Made by a program: the position numbers and the translations under genes. The notes under the pieces were generated by a model. It was given only the letters and a program-made list of their open reading frames with translations. It made no database searches and had not been told where the DNA came from. A stretch of DNA of 36,657 nt from Candidatus Nomurabacteria bacterium RIFCSPHIGHO2_02_FULL_38_15 (GTDB lineage Bacteria; Patescibacteriota; Minisyncoccia; Phycocordibacterales; UBA9973): positions 1-36,657 of the forward strand of contig MFUC01000009.1 of the NCBI GenBank assembly GCA_001785575.1, read 5' to 3'. Below are positions 9,364-18,959 of this stretch, piece by piece. Each line of letters starts with the position of its first letter. Within the stretch, counting starts at the first letter, position 1.

Positions 9364-10440
9364 ACACCGTACCCTCTGGGGGTAGAGCACTGGAAGATTT
9401 TGATAGGGAGAAATCTCGCAAAATCTACCAAACTCCGAATACCAGAGACCAACTAGTGTGCAGTTAGACAGTGGGGGCTAAGCTCCACGCGTCAAAAGGG
9501 GAACAGCCCAGATCTCAGGTTAAGGTCCCTAAATCATAGTTAAGTGCATCTTAAGGAGGTAATATTTCTCTGACAATGAGGAGGTTGGCTTAGAAGCAGC
9601 CATCCTTTAAAGAAAGCGTAACAGCTCACTCATCAAGAGATTTTGCACCGAAAATAATCGGGGCTAAACTATGTACCGAAACTGAGGATTTGTCCCGCCT
9701 TTGGCGGGATGACTGGTAGGCGAGTATTCGATTCAGCTGTGAAGGTAAAGGGGTGACCCATACTGGAGCGTATCGAAGTAAGAATGTTGGCACAAGTAAC
9801 CGCAAGGAGGGTGAGACCCCCTCCCGCCGAAAGATCAAGGTTTCCTTGGCAATGTCAATCAGCCAAGGGTTAGTCGGGCCTAAGGGGATGGTGAAAACCG
9901 AACTCGATGGACACATGGTTAATATTCCATGACTTTCTATATATGTGATGAAGGGACGAAGGGTTGTACCAATCGCTTCTTATTGGATTGAAGTATATGG
10001 TATGAGGATGTTTGGTAGGCAAATCCGCCAGACACAAATCCGAGTACAGTTTAAATGCCAGGGTTCGCCTTGGTAAATGAATGGGAGCACGCTTCCGAGA
10101 AAATCTTCTAAACTTTGTATATAGAAAACCGTACCGCAAACCGACACAGGTGATCAGGTCGAGTAGACCAAGGCGAACGAGTGAGTGATCTTCAAGGAAC
10201 TCGGCAAAAAAGCAGCCGTAAGTTAGCAATAAGGCTTGCCCCTATTTATTTAGGGGCCGCAGCGAAAGTTTCTCTGGCAACTGTTTACCAAAAACACAGC
10301 TCCCTGCGAACACGTAAGTGGATGTATAGGGGGTGACGCCTGACCAATGCTAGAAGGTTAAATATCGACGTTGTCCCGATGTAAAGTCGGGTTGGTGATT
10401 GATACAAGCCCTAGTGAATGTCGGCCGTAACTATAACGGT

Positions 10441-11201
10441 TATTTTGCTACGCTTTATTGATTTTGTCAATAAAGAAACAAAATGGGCCGTTACAAAATT
10501 TGGCTATATGCTGGAACATACGCAAAACACAGTACCATACGTTGGTGAAAATCTGTGAATGATACGTACAATCAGCAGGAAAGATGTATTGAGTCATAAA
10601 ATAATATGACAAAAAATAAAAATTTATTTTGGTATGTGGCAGGTTTCATTGATGGTGAGGGAAGTTTTAATATTTCTTTTACTAAGCAAAAATATGCCCA
10701 TAATAACCAAGGTTTTAAATGGTTGATTCATGTTTGTTTCCAAACATATCAACACGAAGACCATCGAGATATTCTCGAATTGTTACAAAAACAAGTTTTT
10801 CACACAGGTAGAATTTATAGGAAATCAAGTCCGTATCATGTTTTTACGTATACGGTTGATAATCCTAGAAATTTGTGTGAAAAAATTATTCCATTCTTTA
10901 ATAAATATAAGTTAATTATTAAAGATAAAGACTTTCAACTTTTTAAAGAAGTTGTACAAATGCTTTTAGATAAAAAGCATCTAACAGAAAGTGGATTCAA
11001 AAAGATATTGGATATCGCATTTAAAATGAATGCAAACGGCAAACAAAGAAAGTATTCAAAAGAATATATTCTTGAAACCGTAAAAGAACAATTATCAAGA
11101 AAATAAACTCAATACAAATCCTCAGAGACTATACGCCAAACACGACACAATAATCGTGAAGATATAGTCCACAAGGTTTATAGAAATATAAAATTCTTAT
11201 G
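10441..11201 (+). mobile_element. Group-I-like intron in 23S helix 69 region (after U1923, E. coli numbering by my alignment)
   Basis: Exon sequence ..gccgtaactataacggt | 761 nt | cctaaggtagcgaa.. The 5' exon ends in U and the insert ends in G. It carries a LAGLIDADG ORF. Confidence 0.85.
10606..11106 (+). CDS. Single-motif LAGLIDADG homing endonuclease (intron-encoded)
   Basis: LFWYVAGFIDGEGSFNISF motif. 166 aa with one motif, so a homodimeric I-CeuI/I-CreI-type architecture. Located inside the 23S intron. Confidence 0.9.
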   Translation: MTKNKNLFWYVAGFIDGEGSFNISFTKQKYAHNNQGFKWLIHVCFQTYQHEDHRDILELLQKQVFHTGRIYRKSSPYHVFTYTVDNPRNLCEKIIPFFNKYKLIIKDKDFQLFKEVVQMLLDKKHLTESGFKKILDIAFKMNANGKQRKYSKEYILETVKEQLSRK

Positions 11202-11872
11202 CCTAAGGTAGCGAAGTACCTTGTCGGGTAAGTTCCGACGCGCACGAATGGCGTAATGACTGGAGAACTGTCTCGAAGATTAGCTCGGTGAAAATACAAT
11301 ACCGGTGAAGATGCCGGTTACCTGCAGATAGACGAAAAGACCCCGGAAGCTTTACTGCAACTTGATATTGAGCATATGTTAGTACTGCGTAGCATAGGTG
11401 GGAGAGGTTATGTGCATCCTTTTGGGGGTGTAATACTCGTCAGTGAAATACCACTCTGTATGTATGTATGTTCTAATTAAGACGGCAAAAACGTCTTGAG
11501 ACAGTATCTGGTGGGTAGTTTGACTGGGGCGGTCTCCTCCTAAAGAGTAACGGAGGAATTTATTAAGGTTAGTTAGGCGCGTATGGAAATCGTGCCGATA
11601 GTGCAAGGGCATAAACTAGCTTAACTGCAAGAGGTACATCTCGAGCAGATACGAAAGTAGAACCTAGTGAACCGACGGTTCGTGTTAGACGCGGCCGAAG
11701 ATTAATGGATAGAAGCTACTCCGGGGATAACAGGCTAGTTCCGCCTAAGCGTCCATAGCGACGGCGGAGTTCGGCACCTCGATGTCGGCTCACCTTAACC
11801 TGGGGGTGGAGAAGCTCCCAAGGGTATGGCTGTTCGCCATTTAAAAAGGTACGCGAGCTGGGTTCAAACCGT

Positions 11873-12431
11873 CCAGTACTTTAGGTTTTAGTTTCTAGTG
11901 ACTAGTTTCTAGTGAAATGCAAATTTTTCTAGAACCTAGCACCTAGTTACTAGCACCTTGAGTCTTGGACCCATTTGAATCCGAGGTAATTGCACTGTTG
12001 GAGAATTGCAATTAAAAAGACATCATCACGGCGGCTACATATAGTAATATATGTATGCACATTCAACTTATATCGGTAAAATCCTAATGCGTAAGCATGG
12101 ACAATACCGAGGGAAGATTATTTGTATTGAAAAGTGAAATCTGGAAATAACCTAAATATTTAATAGAGTGCTTCGACGCTTGTAGCCTCTGATGCAATGT
12201 TAGCCTGTACCATTAGAACACAGAGCACAAACATGGAATATCAATGGTCCAAAGAATCACTAGACAAAGGGAGGTTTAATAACAAGTGATTAAACCTCCA
12301 TACTTTGTCTTCACTTTTCAGTACAAATAATTACCCGTAGAGACTAAACGTTGAAGTCCCACTACGCTCTAATGAGCTACGCGGGATATGTTATAGTCCG
12401 ATCCCTTCAGTAATGAAGGTAAACGTAGATG
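11873..12431 (+). mobile_element. ORF-less group-I-like intervening sequence in 23S domain V (I-CreI-type site, ~2593)
   Basis: ..gggttcaaaccgt | ~559 nt | cgtgagacaggttggtc.. restores the conserved AACGUCGUGAGACAG motif. The boundary is ambiguous by 1 nt; the chosen one gives 5' exon U and terminal G. No ORF >=60 aa. Long-range pairings are present (gaaaagtgaa / ttcacttttc). Confidence 0.7.
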
Positions 12432-12831
12432 CGTGAGACAGGTTGGTCTCCTATCTACTGCAGGCGTTGACTCTTGAAAAGATTCGTCCCTAGTACGAGA
12501 GGACCGGGATGAACTGACCTCTGGTGTACCAGCTCTTTTGCCAAAAGGATCGCTGGGTAGCTAAGTCGGGAATGGATAACCTCTGAAAGCATCTAAGAGG
12601 GAAGCCAACTTTAAGATGAGGAGTCGGTATGAGGACCCTAGAAGATTACTAGGTTGATAGGCATTAGGTGTAAGCACCGCAAGGTGTTCAGCCAAGATGT
12701 ACTAATTGTCCCATTCCTATTAGGTAATGTGTAAATCATTATCATATTTTCATAATCGTATATATTTTTATAGTCTGATTCTAATGCAAGCTAGATAGAG
12801 CCTAAAGCTCTATCTACAAATAAATCGAATA

Positions 12832-12952
12832 CTTTGTGTTGGTGATTCATCGTAGGGGTCACACCTCTTCCCATTCCGAACAGAGTAGTTAAGCCTTATT
12901 GAGCCGATGATACTCGTTTTACGGGGAAAGTAGGTTGTCGCCAGCACAAAGT
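12832..12952 (+). rRNA. rrf: 5S rRNA
   Basis: tttgtgttggtg..cccattccgaacagagtagttaagcc..gggaaagtaggt..cgccagcacaaag. Helix I extends into a precursor stem (aatcgaatac / gtattcgatt). Confidence 0.9.
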
Positions 12953-12987
12953 ATTCGATTACCGTACGCATAAAAGCGTAGGGAATA

Positions 12988-13034
12988 CAATTCAAAAGCC
13001 CGTTGTTTTATTACTTCGGGCTTTTGAATTGGTA
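12988..13034 (+). terminator. Terminator hairpin after 5S; copy A of a 41-nt direct repeat
   Basis: caattcaaaagcccg-N13-cgggcttttgaattg. Positions 12994-13034 are repeated exactly at 14009-14049. Confidence 0.8.
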
Positions 13035-13055
13035 TAATAAAGGCTTTTTCACTCA

Positions 13056-13083
13056 TTGACAGATTATTTGCATATGATATACT
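13056..13083 (+). promoter_or_regulatory. Sigma-70-like promoter (TTGACA-16-TATACT)
   Basis: ttgaca 13056-13061, tatact 13078-13083, upstream of ORF 13106. Confidence 0.5.
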
Positions 13084-13105
13084 ATAGGGAGTATATAATA
13101 AAATT

Positions 13106-13336
13106 ATGAACGGACAAAGAACTTTATTAATGTTGTTACAAACTATTAAATCAAATGTGGGTAGTCTATCGGGCGCTGGGCGTGCTAATCAGGCCCATGA
13201 TCAGTTTATTGCGCGAGCTCAGGAAATTACTACCTCAAAAGAGGAAAAGAAGGAGGCGTTGGTATTTCTAAGAGAACAAAACGATCTTGAATATCCAGGT
13301 ATTGGTATTGATTCTCTTATATGCTTGCTTGAGTAA
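13106..13336 (+). CDS. Hypothetical small protein (76 aa)
   Basis: ORF with its own promoter and a downstream terminator (13355-13379). No recognisable family. Confidence 0.45.
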   Translation: MNGQRTLLMLLQTIKSNVGSLSGAGRANQAHDQFIARAQEITTSKEEKKEALVFLREQNDLEYPGIGIDSLICLLE

Positions 13337-13354
13337 GAAAATAGTTTTGTTTAG

Positions 13355-13379
13355 AAGCTGGTCATGCGCCAGCTTTTTT
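13355..13379 (+). terminator. Rho-independent terminator
   Basis: aagctgg-tcatgcg-ccagctt followed by a T-run. Confidence 0.65.
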
Positions 13380-13395
13380 AATAAAAATTTTTAGA

Positions 13396-13433
13396 TTTTA
13401 TGTTATAATTTAGTCATATGACATGGGCGGGGA
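13396..13433 (+). promoter_or_regulatory. Extended -10 promoter, copy A of a 38-nt direct repeat
   Basis: ttttatgttataatttagtcatatgacatgggcgggga is identical to 14132-14169 and contains TGTTATAAT. Confidence 0.7.
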
Positions 13434-13469
13434 TTGTTTCCACATGACTTTTATGATATATTTCTATAT

Positions 13470-13772
13470 ATGGATACTCCAATAAAGGGTAAATTTAGGC
13501 ACATTGTTTTTAAAGATGGCAACACTTGGTATGCTGTGGCTCTTGAGTTTAATATTGTTGAATCAAGTGATGATCCAAAGCTTGCATTTTTTAATTTAAT
13601 CCAAGCAGTTAGTGGCTATGTGCAATCGGCTAAAAAAATAAAAGGTTCTCGCTATCAATCTTTAAATCAAATATCTGATCCTGAATACGAAAAGTTGTGG
13701 TCGATTCTTCACTCAACCAAGCCCGTCAAGTCTCCATATGCTATAGACATGTACGGGTTCTCTAGAGTTTAA
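13470..13772 (+). CDS. hicB: HicB-like antitoxin (tentative); ATG at 13470 preferred over the TTG at 13434
   Basis: Small protein with the block WYAVALEFNIVESSDDPKLAFFNLIQAVSGYV, resembling the HicB N-terminal fold. Its stop overlaps the hicA start (TAATG). Confidence 0.5.
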   Translation: MDTPIKGKFRHIVFKDGNTWYAVALEFNIVESSDDPKLAFFNLIQAVSGYVQSAKKIKGSRYQSLNQISDPEYEKLWSILHSTKPVKSPYAIDMYGFSRV

Positions 13773-14005
13773 TGCCTAAAAGATTCTTCAATTGGGCGTT
13801 TAGAGATGTAGAATCCTTTTTGAAAAAGAAAGGTTTTAAATTAAATTATACAAATGCAAGTCACTTTTACTATATTGGTTTTTATAATAAATTAGTTCGT
13901 AATGTTTGCGTACCCTTTCATGGCAGTAAGATAATTAAACCCAGAACTTTAAAAGGTATTATTTTACAATCAGGCATAGACCAAAAAGAGTGGTTTGAAA
14001 AATAG
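13772..14005 (+). CDS. hicA: HicA-family mRNA interferase toxin
   Basis: FLKKKGFKLNYTNASHFYY..VPFHGSKIIKPRTLKGIILQSGI matches the HicA/YcfA pattern (G-x-x-x-x-x-x-SH .. P.H..K.I....L..IL.Q.G). Confidence 0.7.
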   Translation: MPKRFFNWAFRDVESFLKKKGFKLNYTNASHFYYIGFYNKLVRNVCVPFHGSKIIKPRTLKGIILQSGIDQKEWFEK

Positions 14006-14008
14006 CAG

Positions 14009-14049
14009 AAAAGCCCGTTGTTTTATTACTTCGGGCTTTTGAATTGGTA
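14009..14049 (+). terminator. Copy B of the 41-nt terminator repeat
   Basis: Exact repeat of 12994-13034. It lacks the outer 5 nt of the 5' arm that are present in copy A. Confidence 0.75.
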
Positions 14050-14059
14050 AATGTTTTTA

Positions 14060-14080
14060 TACGGAGGTCTTGCCTCCGTA
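14060..14080 (+). repeat. REP-like hairpin, family C (tacggaggtcttgcctccgta)
   Basis: Same motif as 24638-24656, 25354-25376 (inverted) and 25977-25997. Confidence 0.8.
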
Positions 14081-14131
14081 CTTCAAAAAATGCGTGACCT
14101 TTTAAACGCTACATATTACAGATGGCGGTTT

Positions 14132-14169
14132 TTTTATGTTATAATTTAGTCATATGACATGGGCGGGGA
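14132..14169 (+). promoter_or_regulatory. Extended -10 promoter, copy B of the 38-nt direct repeat
   Basis: Identical to 13396-13433. TGTTATAAT lies 8 nt upstream of the ATG at 14154. Confidence 0.7.
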
Positions 14170-14945
14170 GGAGGAAAATGATAATTGGTTTGTTGCTAAT
14201 TTTTTTAGTGGTTTTACCATTGGTATATTTTGCTTTTACAAAAATTAAGCCTATGCCTAATTGTTTTGACCGCCGTAAAAATGGTAACGAGGTGGGGATT
14301 GATTGTGGCGGGGCGTGTGTTTTGCAATGCCCATATACTAAAAAGGACGTGGTTGTAATTTTTGCCCGCGCCCAAAAGGTAGCCGACGGTTTGTACAATG
14401 CTATTGCCTTGGTTGAAAATAAAAATACCGATGCTTTTGCCCAAAGTGTTAGTTATACTTTTAAACTTTATGACGAACATAATATACCAGTGGCCATCAG
14501 GAACGGCCAAACATACATTAACCCCAACACCAGGCAAGTAATTTTTAAAGGGGGTATTAATGTGGGCAAGCATGAGGTGGGCCGAGTCGTGGTTGAATTT
14601 ACTAAACCCATTACCTGGTTTAGTACCAGCTTGGGTTCATATGTTTTGCCACTGGCTGTTAGCGAGTCAAATTACCGAGTTATTAATGACAAGCCAATGT
14701 TAAATTACACACTTGAAAATACAGGCTATGATACAATCCCGGCTGGCAATTCAGTGGTGGTTGTGTATGATAGTGAAAATAATGCCACCGCATTTTCAAG
14801 CACAATTATGGACAGTTTAAAACCATTTGAAAAACAAATTGTAGTATTTTCATGGCCAAGTATTTTTAAAAACGGCCCGTTTCGTTTTGAGCTGTATAAT
14901 CAGGTTAATTTGGCCGAATTCAAGAATAAGCAGTTTAAAAAATGA
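14154..14945 (+). CDS. N-terminally anchored hypothetical exported protein with Cys-rich motif
   Basis: MTWAGRRK + TM helix (positive-inside) and CFDRRKNGNEVGIDCGGACVLQC. The stop overlaps the next start (ATGA). Confidence 0.65.
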   Translation: MTWAGRRKMIIGLLLIFLVVLPLVYFAFTKIKPMPNCFDRRKNGNEVGIDCGGACVLQCPYTKKDVVVIFARAQKVADGLYNAIALVENKNTDAFAQSVSYTFKLYDEHNIPVAIRNGQTYINPNTRQVIFKGGINVGKHEVGRVVVEFTKPITWFSTSLGSYVLPLAVSESNYRVINDKPMLNYTLENTGYDTIPAGNSVVVVYDSENNATAFSSTIMDSLKPFEKQIVVFSWPSIFKNGPFRFELYNQVNLAEFKNKQFKK

Positions 14946-16072
14946 TCAAAAAGTTTTTCACAGATTTTTTTACTGACTGGGGTATTATTTTAGCCATATT
15001 ACCAATTTTTGGGGCCGGGCTTTTATCAATGCGTTCACTAACTGGTGAGAATAATTTTTTTGAAAAACAGGTTGTTTGGATCTTACTGTCACTGATTGTA
15101 TTTTTTATAGCCTCAAAAATAGATTTTCGTTTTTTTAAACACTCAAAGATTTTAGTTAAAATTTACTTGGCTGTTTGTGCCATTTTAGTTTTCTTATTTA
15201 TTGCTGGCTCAACTGTAAAGGGCTCGCAGAGTTGGTTTCAGTTAGCAGGGCTGTCGTTTCAACCAGCTGATTTTGTCAAAGTAGTCCTAATCTTAATGTT
15301 GGCCAAATATTTTTCGCGCCGGCATGTGGCCATTGGCGAGTGGCGACATGTTGTTATATCAGCCTTGTATATGTTCGTGCCACTTGTTTTAATACTACTA
15401 CAACCAGACTTTGGTTCAGCCATGGTTATATTTTTTATTTGGTTTGGGATGGTTTTGTTTTCGGGCTTGGGTCGCCGGCACATTTTAATTTTAACATCAA
15501 TCGGCCTGGCCATACTTTTAGTTTTTTGGCTTTTTGTTTTCAAGCCGTATCAAAAAGATCGGATTATTGATTTCGTAAATCCAGCCTCTGATATTCGGGG
15601 CTCTGGTTATAATGTTTTTCAATCAATTGTGGCAGTCGGCTCGGGCCAATTGTTTGGTAAGGGTATTGGTTATGGCACTCAAGCACGGTTGCAGTATTTG
15701 CCCGAGCACGAGACTGATTTTATTTTTGCCGCCTTTGCTGAAGAATGGGGATTGGTGGGGTCTTTGTTACTTTTAGGTTTATATGCATTTTTGTTCTATC
15801 GAATTATTTATATTGCTGAAATTGGCTCAAGCAATTTTGAGTCACTTTATGGTATCGGTGTGGCTGTGTATTTTATGAGCCACTTGATAGTTAATATTGG
15901 TATGAACATTGGTTTGATGCCAGTTACCGGCATACCCCTTCCGTTTATGAGTTATGGCGGTTCACATATTTTGGCCGAAATGTTTGCTTTAGGTTTATTA
16001 GTGTCAACTAAAAAATATGCGCGTGTCACGCACCGTGAAAGGTCGTATAATGAATTTATTGGCGACATGTAA
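14942..16072 (+). CDS. SEDS-family peptidoglycan glycosyltransferase (FtsW/RodA)
   Basis: About 10 TM helices. Motifs QPADFVKV, LQPDFGSA, GSGYNVFQS..AVGSGQLFGKG, PEHETDFIFA, GLMPVTGIPLPFMSYGGS. Confidence 0.9.
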   Translation: MIKKFFTDFFTDWGIILAILPIFGAGLLSMRSLTGENNFFEKQVVWILLSLIVFFIASKIDFRFFKHSKILVKIYLAVCAILVFLFIAGSTVKGSQSWFQLAGLSFQPADFVKVVLILMLAKYFSRRHVAIGEWRHVVISALYMFVPLVLILLQPDFGSAMVIFFIWFGMVLFSGLGRRHILILTSIGLAILLVFWLFVFKPYQKDRIIDFVNPASDIRGSGYNVFQSIVAVGSGQLFGKGIGYGTQARLQYLPEHETDFIFAAFAEEWGLVGSLLLLGLYAFLFYRIIYIAEIGSSNFESLYGIGVAVYFMSHLIVNIGMNIGLMPVTGIPLPFMSYGGSHILAEMFALGLLVSTKKYARVTHRERSYNEFIGDM

Positions 16073-16086
16073 GACCCCACTATATT

Positions 16087-16668
16087 ATGAACGAAAAAAT
16101 TTTCCACTATTTAAATAGTTTCTTGGGTCAGGCAAGCTTGTTTGATAAATTAGTTTTCTTTTTGTCAGATAATTTTGGTTACTTTTTAATTTTTTTCTCT
16201 TTCTTGTTTTTATTACTAAATAATAATTCAAAAAAATTTTATGCCACTCAAAACTTACGCACCAGACAAAAAATAAAAGAACTAGTTATTTTATTGGGTA
16301 GCACGGCAGTGGCCTGGCTATTTGTTCTAGTTGTTAAAAATATTTTTGTAAATCCAAGACCTTTTTTAGTTTATCCTGAAATTCAAACTTTATTTATTTA
16401 TGGTAGTGACGACTCATTTCCATCCGGTCACGCTACCTTTTATGGCGCACTGGCTGTTTCAATTTTTGCTTATCATCGTCGGGCTGGGATTGTTTTTGCC
16501 ATCGGGGCAGTTTTAATTGGCTTGGCACGCATTATTGCCGGAGTTCATTTTCCATTGGATGTATTGATGGGTTTTATTTTTGGTGGATCAGTCAGTGTTT
16601 TGGTTTATTACACCATTCGCAAGTTATCTGTAAAATACAAGAAGTATATTGATTTTTGGCTAAATTAA
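16087..16668 (+). CDS. PAP2-family phosphatase (undecaprenyl-diphosphatase-like)
   Basis: KNIFVNPRP, PSGH and RIIAGVHFPLD acid-phosphatase motifs in a polytopic membrane protein. Confidence 0.85.
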   Translation: MNEKIFHYLNSFLGQASLFDKLVFFLSDNFGYFLIFFSFLFLLLNNNSKKFYATQNLRTRQKIKELVILLGSTAVAWLFVLVVKNIFVNPRPFLVYPEIQTLFIYGSDDSFPSGHATFYGALAVSIFAYHRRAGIVFAIGAVLIGLARIIAGVHFPLDVLMGFIFGGSVSVLVYYTIRKLSVKYKKYIDFWLN

Positions 16669-16684
16669 GTGTAAAGTAGACTGT

Positions 16685-18037
16685 ATGAAATATCGAATTA
16701 TTGCAATTGTAATTTTACTTTTAGGGGGAACTTTAGGTTATTTTGTTTACCAATCCCAGGTTGACCACCAAGCTGGCGCCCAAAGCAGGTTTGCTAAATA
16801 CCCATTTAAATTAGGTTTAGACTTAAAAGGCGGCTCACACTTGGTTTATCGGGCTGATACAAAAAATTTAGTAAGTAATCAAATCGATCCAGCCATGTCG
16901 GCCTTACGTGAAGTTATTGAAAATCGCATTAATGCAATTGGTGTGGCCGAGCCGGCTATTACAACTCAAAAGGTTCGTATTGGCGAGAATGTTGAAAATC
17001 GTTTAATTGTTGACTTACCCGGCGTTACTGACGTTAAGCAAGCAATTGCTCAAATTGGTGAAACGCCAACCCTTGATTTTCGCGTAGAGGATCCAAATTA
17101 TGATCCAAATAATTTAGTAGGCACGGTTGTTGATGGCGAAGTTAAACTTGAAATGCCTGATCAATTTATTAAAACGCAATTGACTGGTGCATATTTAAAA
17201 TCAGCTAGGGCCGAGTTTGATCAACAAACTGGCGAGCCGTATGTTGCAATAACTTTTAACAAAGAGGGTGCCGATTTGTTTGAAAAGATAACTGGTGAAA
17301 ATGTAGGCAAAAGATTAGCTATTTATTTAGATGGTGTACCACTTTCAATCCCTACTGTTAATGAAAAAATCACTGGCGGGCAAGCTGTTATTAATGGTCA
17401 ATTTACGCCCAAGCAGGCCAAAGATTTAGCCGAGCGTTTAAACTTTGGGGCTTTGCCAGTTAACGTTGAATTAATTTCAACCCAAACTATTGGAGCATCA
17501 CTTGGCGAGGCTGCTGTTACTGATGGTGTTAAAGCCGCAATCATTGGCTTTTTGCTTGTAGCAATATTTTTAATATTTTGGTACAGGCTACCTGGCTTAA
17601 TTTCAATAATTTCGCTGTCTATTTATGCTCTGATAGTTATGAGTATATTTAAACTCATTCCGGTTACTTTAACTGCCGCTGGTATTGCCGGGTTCATTAT
17701 TTCGATTGGTACGGCCGTTGACGCTAATATTTTGATTTTTGAAAGAATGAAAGAGGAATTACGTGGCGGTAAGGAAATACCTGAAGCAATTCAGGCTGGC
17801 TTTGGTCGCGCCTGGACATCAATTCGCGATGCTAACATTGCCAGTATTTTAGTTGGTATTGTGCTTATGTCTACAGGTATACCAATTGTGCGAGGCTTTG
17901 CGGTAACACTAATTATCGGTATGTTAATTAGTCTATTTTCAGCTATGACGGTTTCAAGATTAATGATGTATGCGCTAAGGTTTAAAAAATCAGGCAGGAT
18001 CGTACGATTTATGTTTAATTCTGGATTTAGCAAATAA
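16685..18037 (+). CDS. secD: Protein translocase subunit SecD
   Basis: LGLDLKGGSHLVY, periplasmic-type domain, C-terminal 6-TM block with AGIAGFIISIGTAVDANILIFERMKEE. Confidence 0.93.
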   Translation: MKYRIIAIVILLLGGTLGYFVYQSQVDHQAGAQSRFAKYPFKLGLDLKGGSHLVYRADTKNLVSNQIDPAMSALREVIENRINAIGVAEPAITTQKVRIGENVENRLIVDLPGVTDVKQAIAQIGETPTLDFRVEDPNYDPNNLVGTVVDGEVKLEMPDQFIKTQLTGAYLKSARAEFDQQTGEPYVAITFNKEGADLFEKITGENVGKRLAIYLDGVPLSIPTVNEKITGGQAVINGQFTPKQAKDLAERLNFGALPVNVELISTQTIGASLGEAAVTDGVKAAIIGFLLVAIFLIFWYRLPGLISIISLSIYALIVMSIFKLIPVTLTAAGIAGFIISIGTAVDANILIFERMKEELRGGKEIPEAIQAGFGRAWTSIRDANIASILVGIVLMSTGIPIVRGFAVTLIIGMLISLFSAMTVSRLMMYALRFKKSGRIVRFMFNSGFSK

Positions 18038-18050
18038 AAATAAAAATACT

Positions 18051-18944
18051 ATGTTTATTATAAAATATAAAAAAATATTTCTTTCAGTCTCATTGGCTTT
18101 AGTTTTACTTTCTATTTCTTCATTATTTGTTTACAAATTGCCACTGGGTATTGATTTCAAGGGCGGGGCTTTGACTGAAATAACTTACACTGATGTTCGA
18201 CCAAATGTTGAAGTTATCAACCAGGCTTTATCTAACAATCAATCATTAGGCACAGTTTTGGTTCAACCCGAGGGTGATAAAAACATTATTGTGCGTACCA
18301 AAGACTTAAACGAATCCGAAAGGCAGGTTTTAATTAGTGCCCTAAACTCAACAGGGACTTTTACAATCAATAACTATACATCAATTGGGCCATCAGTAGG
18401 CAAGGAATTGAAAAATAAAATGATTTTGGCAATAATCTTTGTCTCTATAATTATTATATTATTTATTGCCTATGCTTTTCGTAATGTCTCACGCCCAGTT
18501 AAATCATGGAAGTATGGCGTTATTGCCGTTATTACATTGTTGCACGACATTATCATACCAGTTGGTGTGTTTGCTATATTGTCACGTATTTATCATGCCG
18601 AGGTAGACACTTTGTTTGTTGTAGCTTTGCTAACCGTTATTGGTTTATCAGTTTCTGATACAATAGTTGTGTTTGACCGTATTCGCGAGAACTTGAAAAA
18701 TAAAAGATATGTTACTTTTGCTGAAACAGTTGGTAATTCATTGGAACAAGTTTACACACGTTCAATTAATACCTCAATGACAGTTATCATTGTCCTGGTT
18801 GCGTTGTCAATTTTTGGCCCATCAACAACCAAGGTTTTTGCCTTGATGATGACCGCCGGTATGTTTTTTGGTACGTACTCATCAATCTTCCTAGCCAGCC
18901 CAATGTTGGTTTTAGCTGAAGAGTTGCAAAACCGCAAAAAATAA
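18051..18944 (+). CDS. secF: Protein translocase subunit SecF
   Basis: GIDFKGG, LLHDIIIPVG, IGLSVSDTIVVFDRIREN. Immediately follows secD. Confidence 0.93.
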   Translation: MFIIKYKKIFLSVSLALVLLSISSLFVYKLPLGIDFKGGALTEITYTDVRPNVEVINQALSNNQSLGTVLVQPEGDKNIIVRTKDLNESERQVLISALNSTGTFTINNYTSIGPSVGKELKNKMILAIIFVSIIIILFIAYAFRNVSRPVKSWKYGVIAVITLLHDIIIPVGVFAILSRIYHAEVDTLFVVALLTVIGLSVSDTIVVFDRIRENLKNKRYVTFAETVGNSLEQVYTRSINTSMTVIIVLVALSIFGPSTTKVFALMMTAGMFFGTYSSIFLASPMLVLAEELQNRKK

Positions 18945-18959
18945 AGACCCCCTCCGCCT

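Noticed and set aside
14166-14173. Strong Shine-Dalgarno-like GGAGGAGG 4 nt upstream of the ATG at 14178, which would argue against the no-anti-SD idea
   Set aside because: Read from the ATG at 14154, it encodes G-R-R-K, the positively charged segment preceding the TM helix (positive-inside rule). That ATG sits 8 nt after a TGTTATAAT box. I therefore treat the string as coding, though a 14178 start cannot be excluded.
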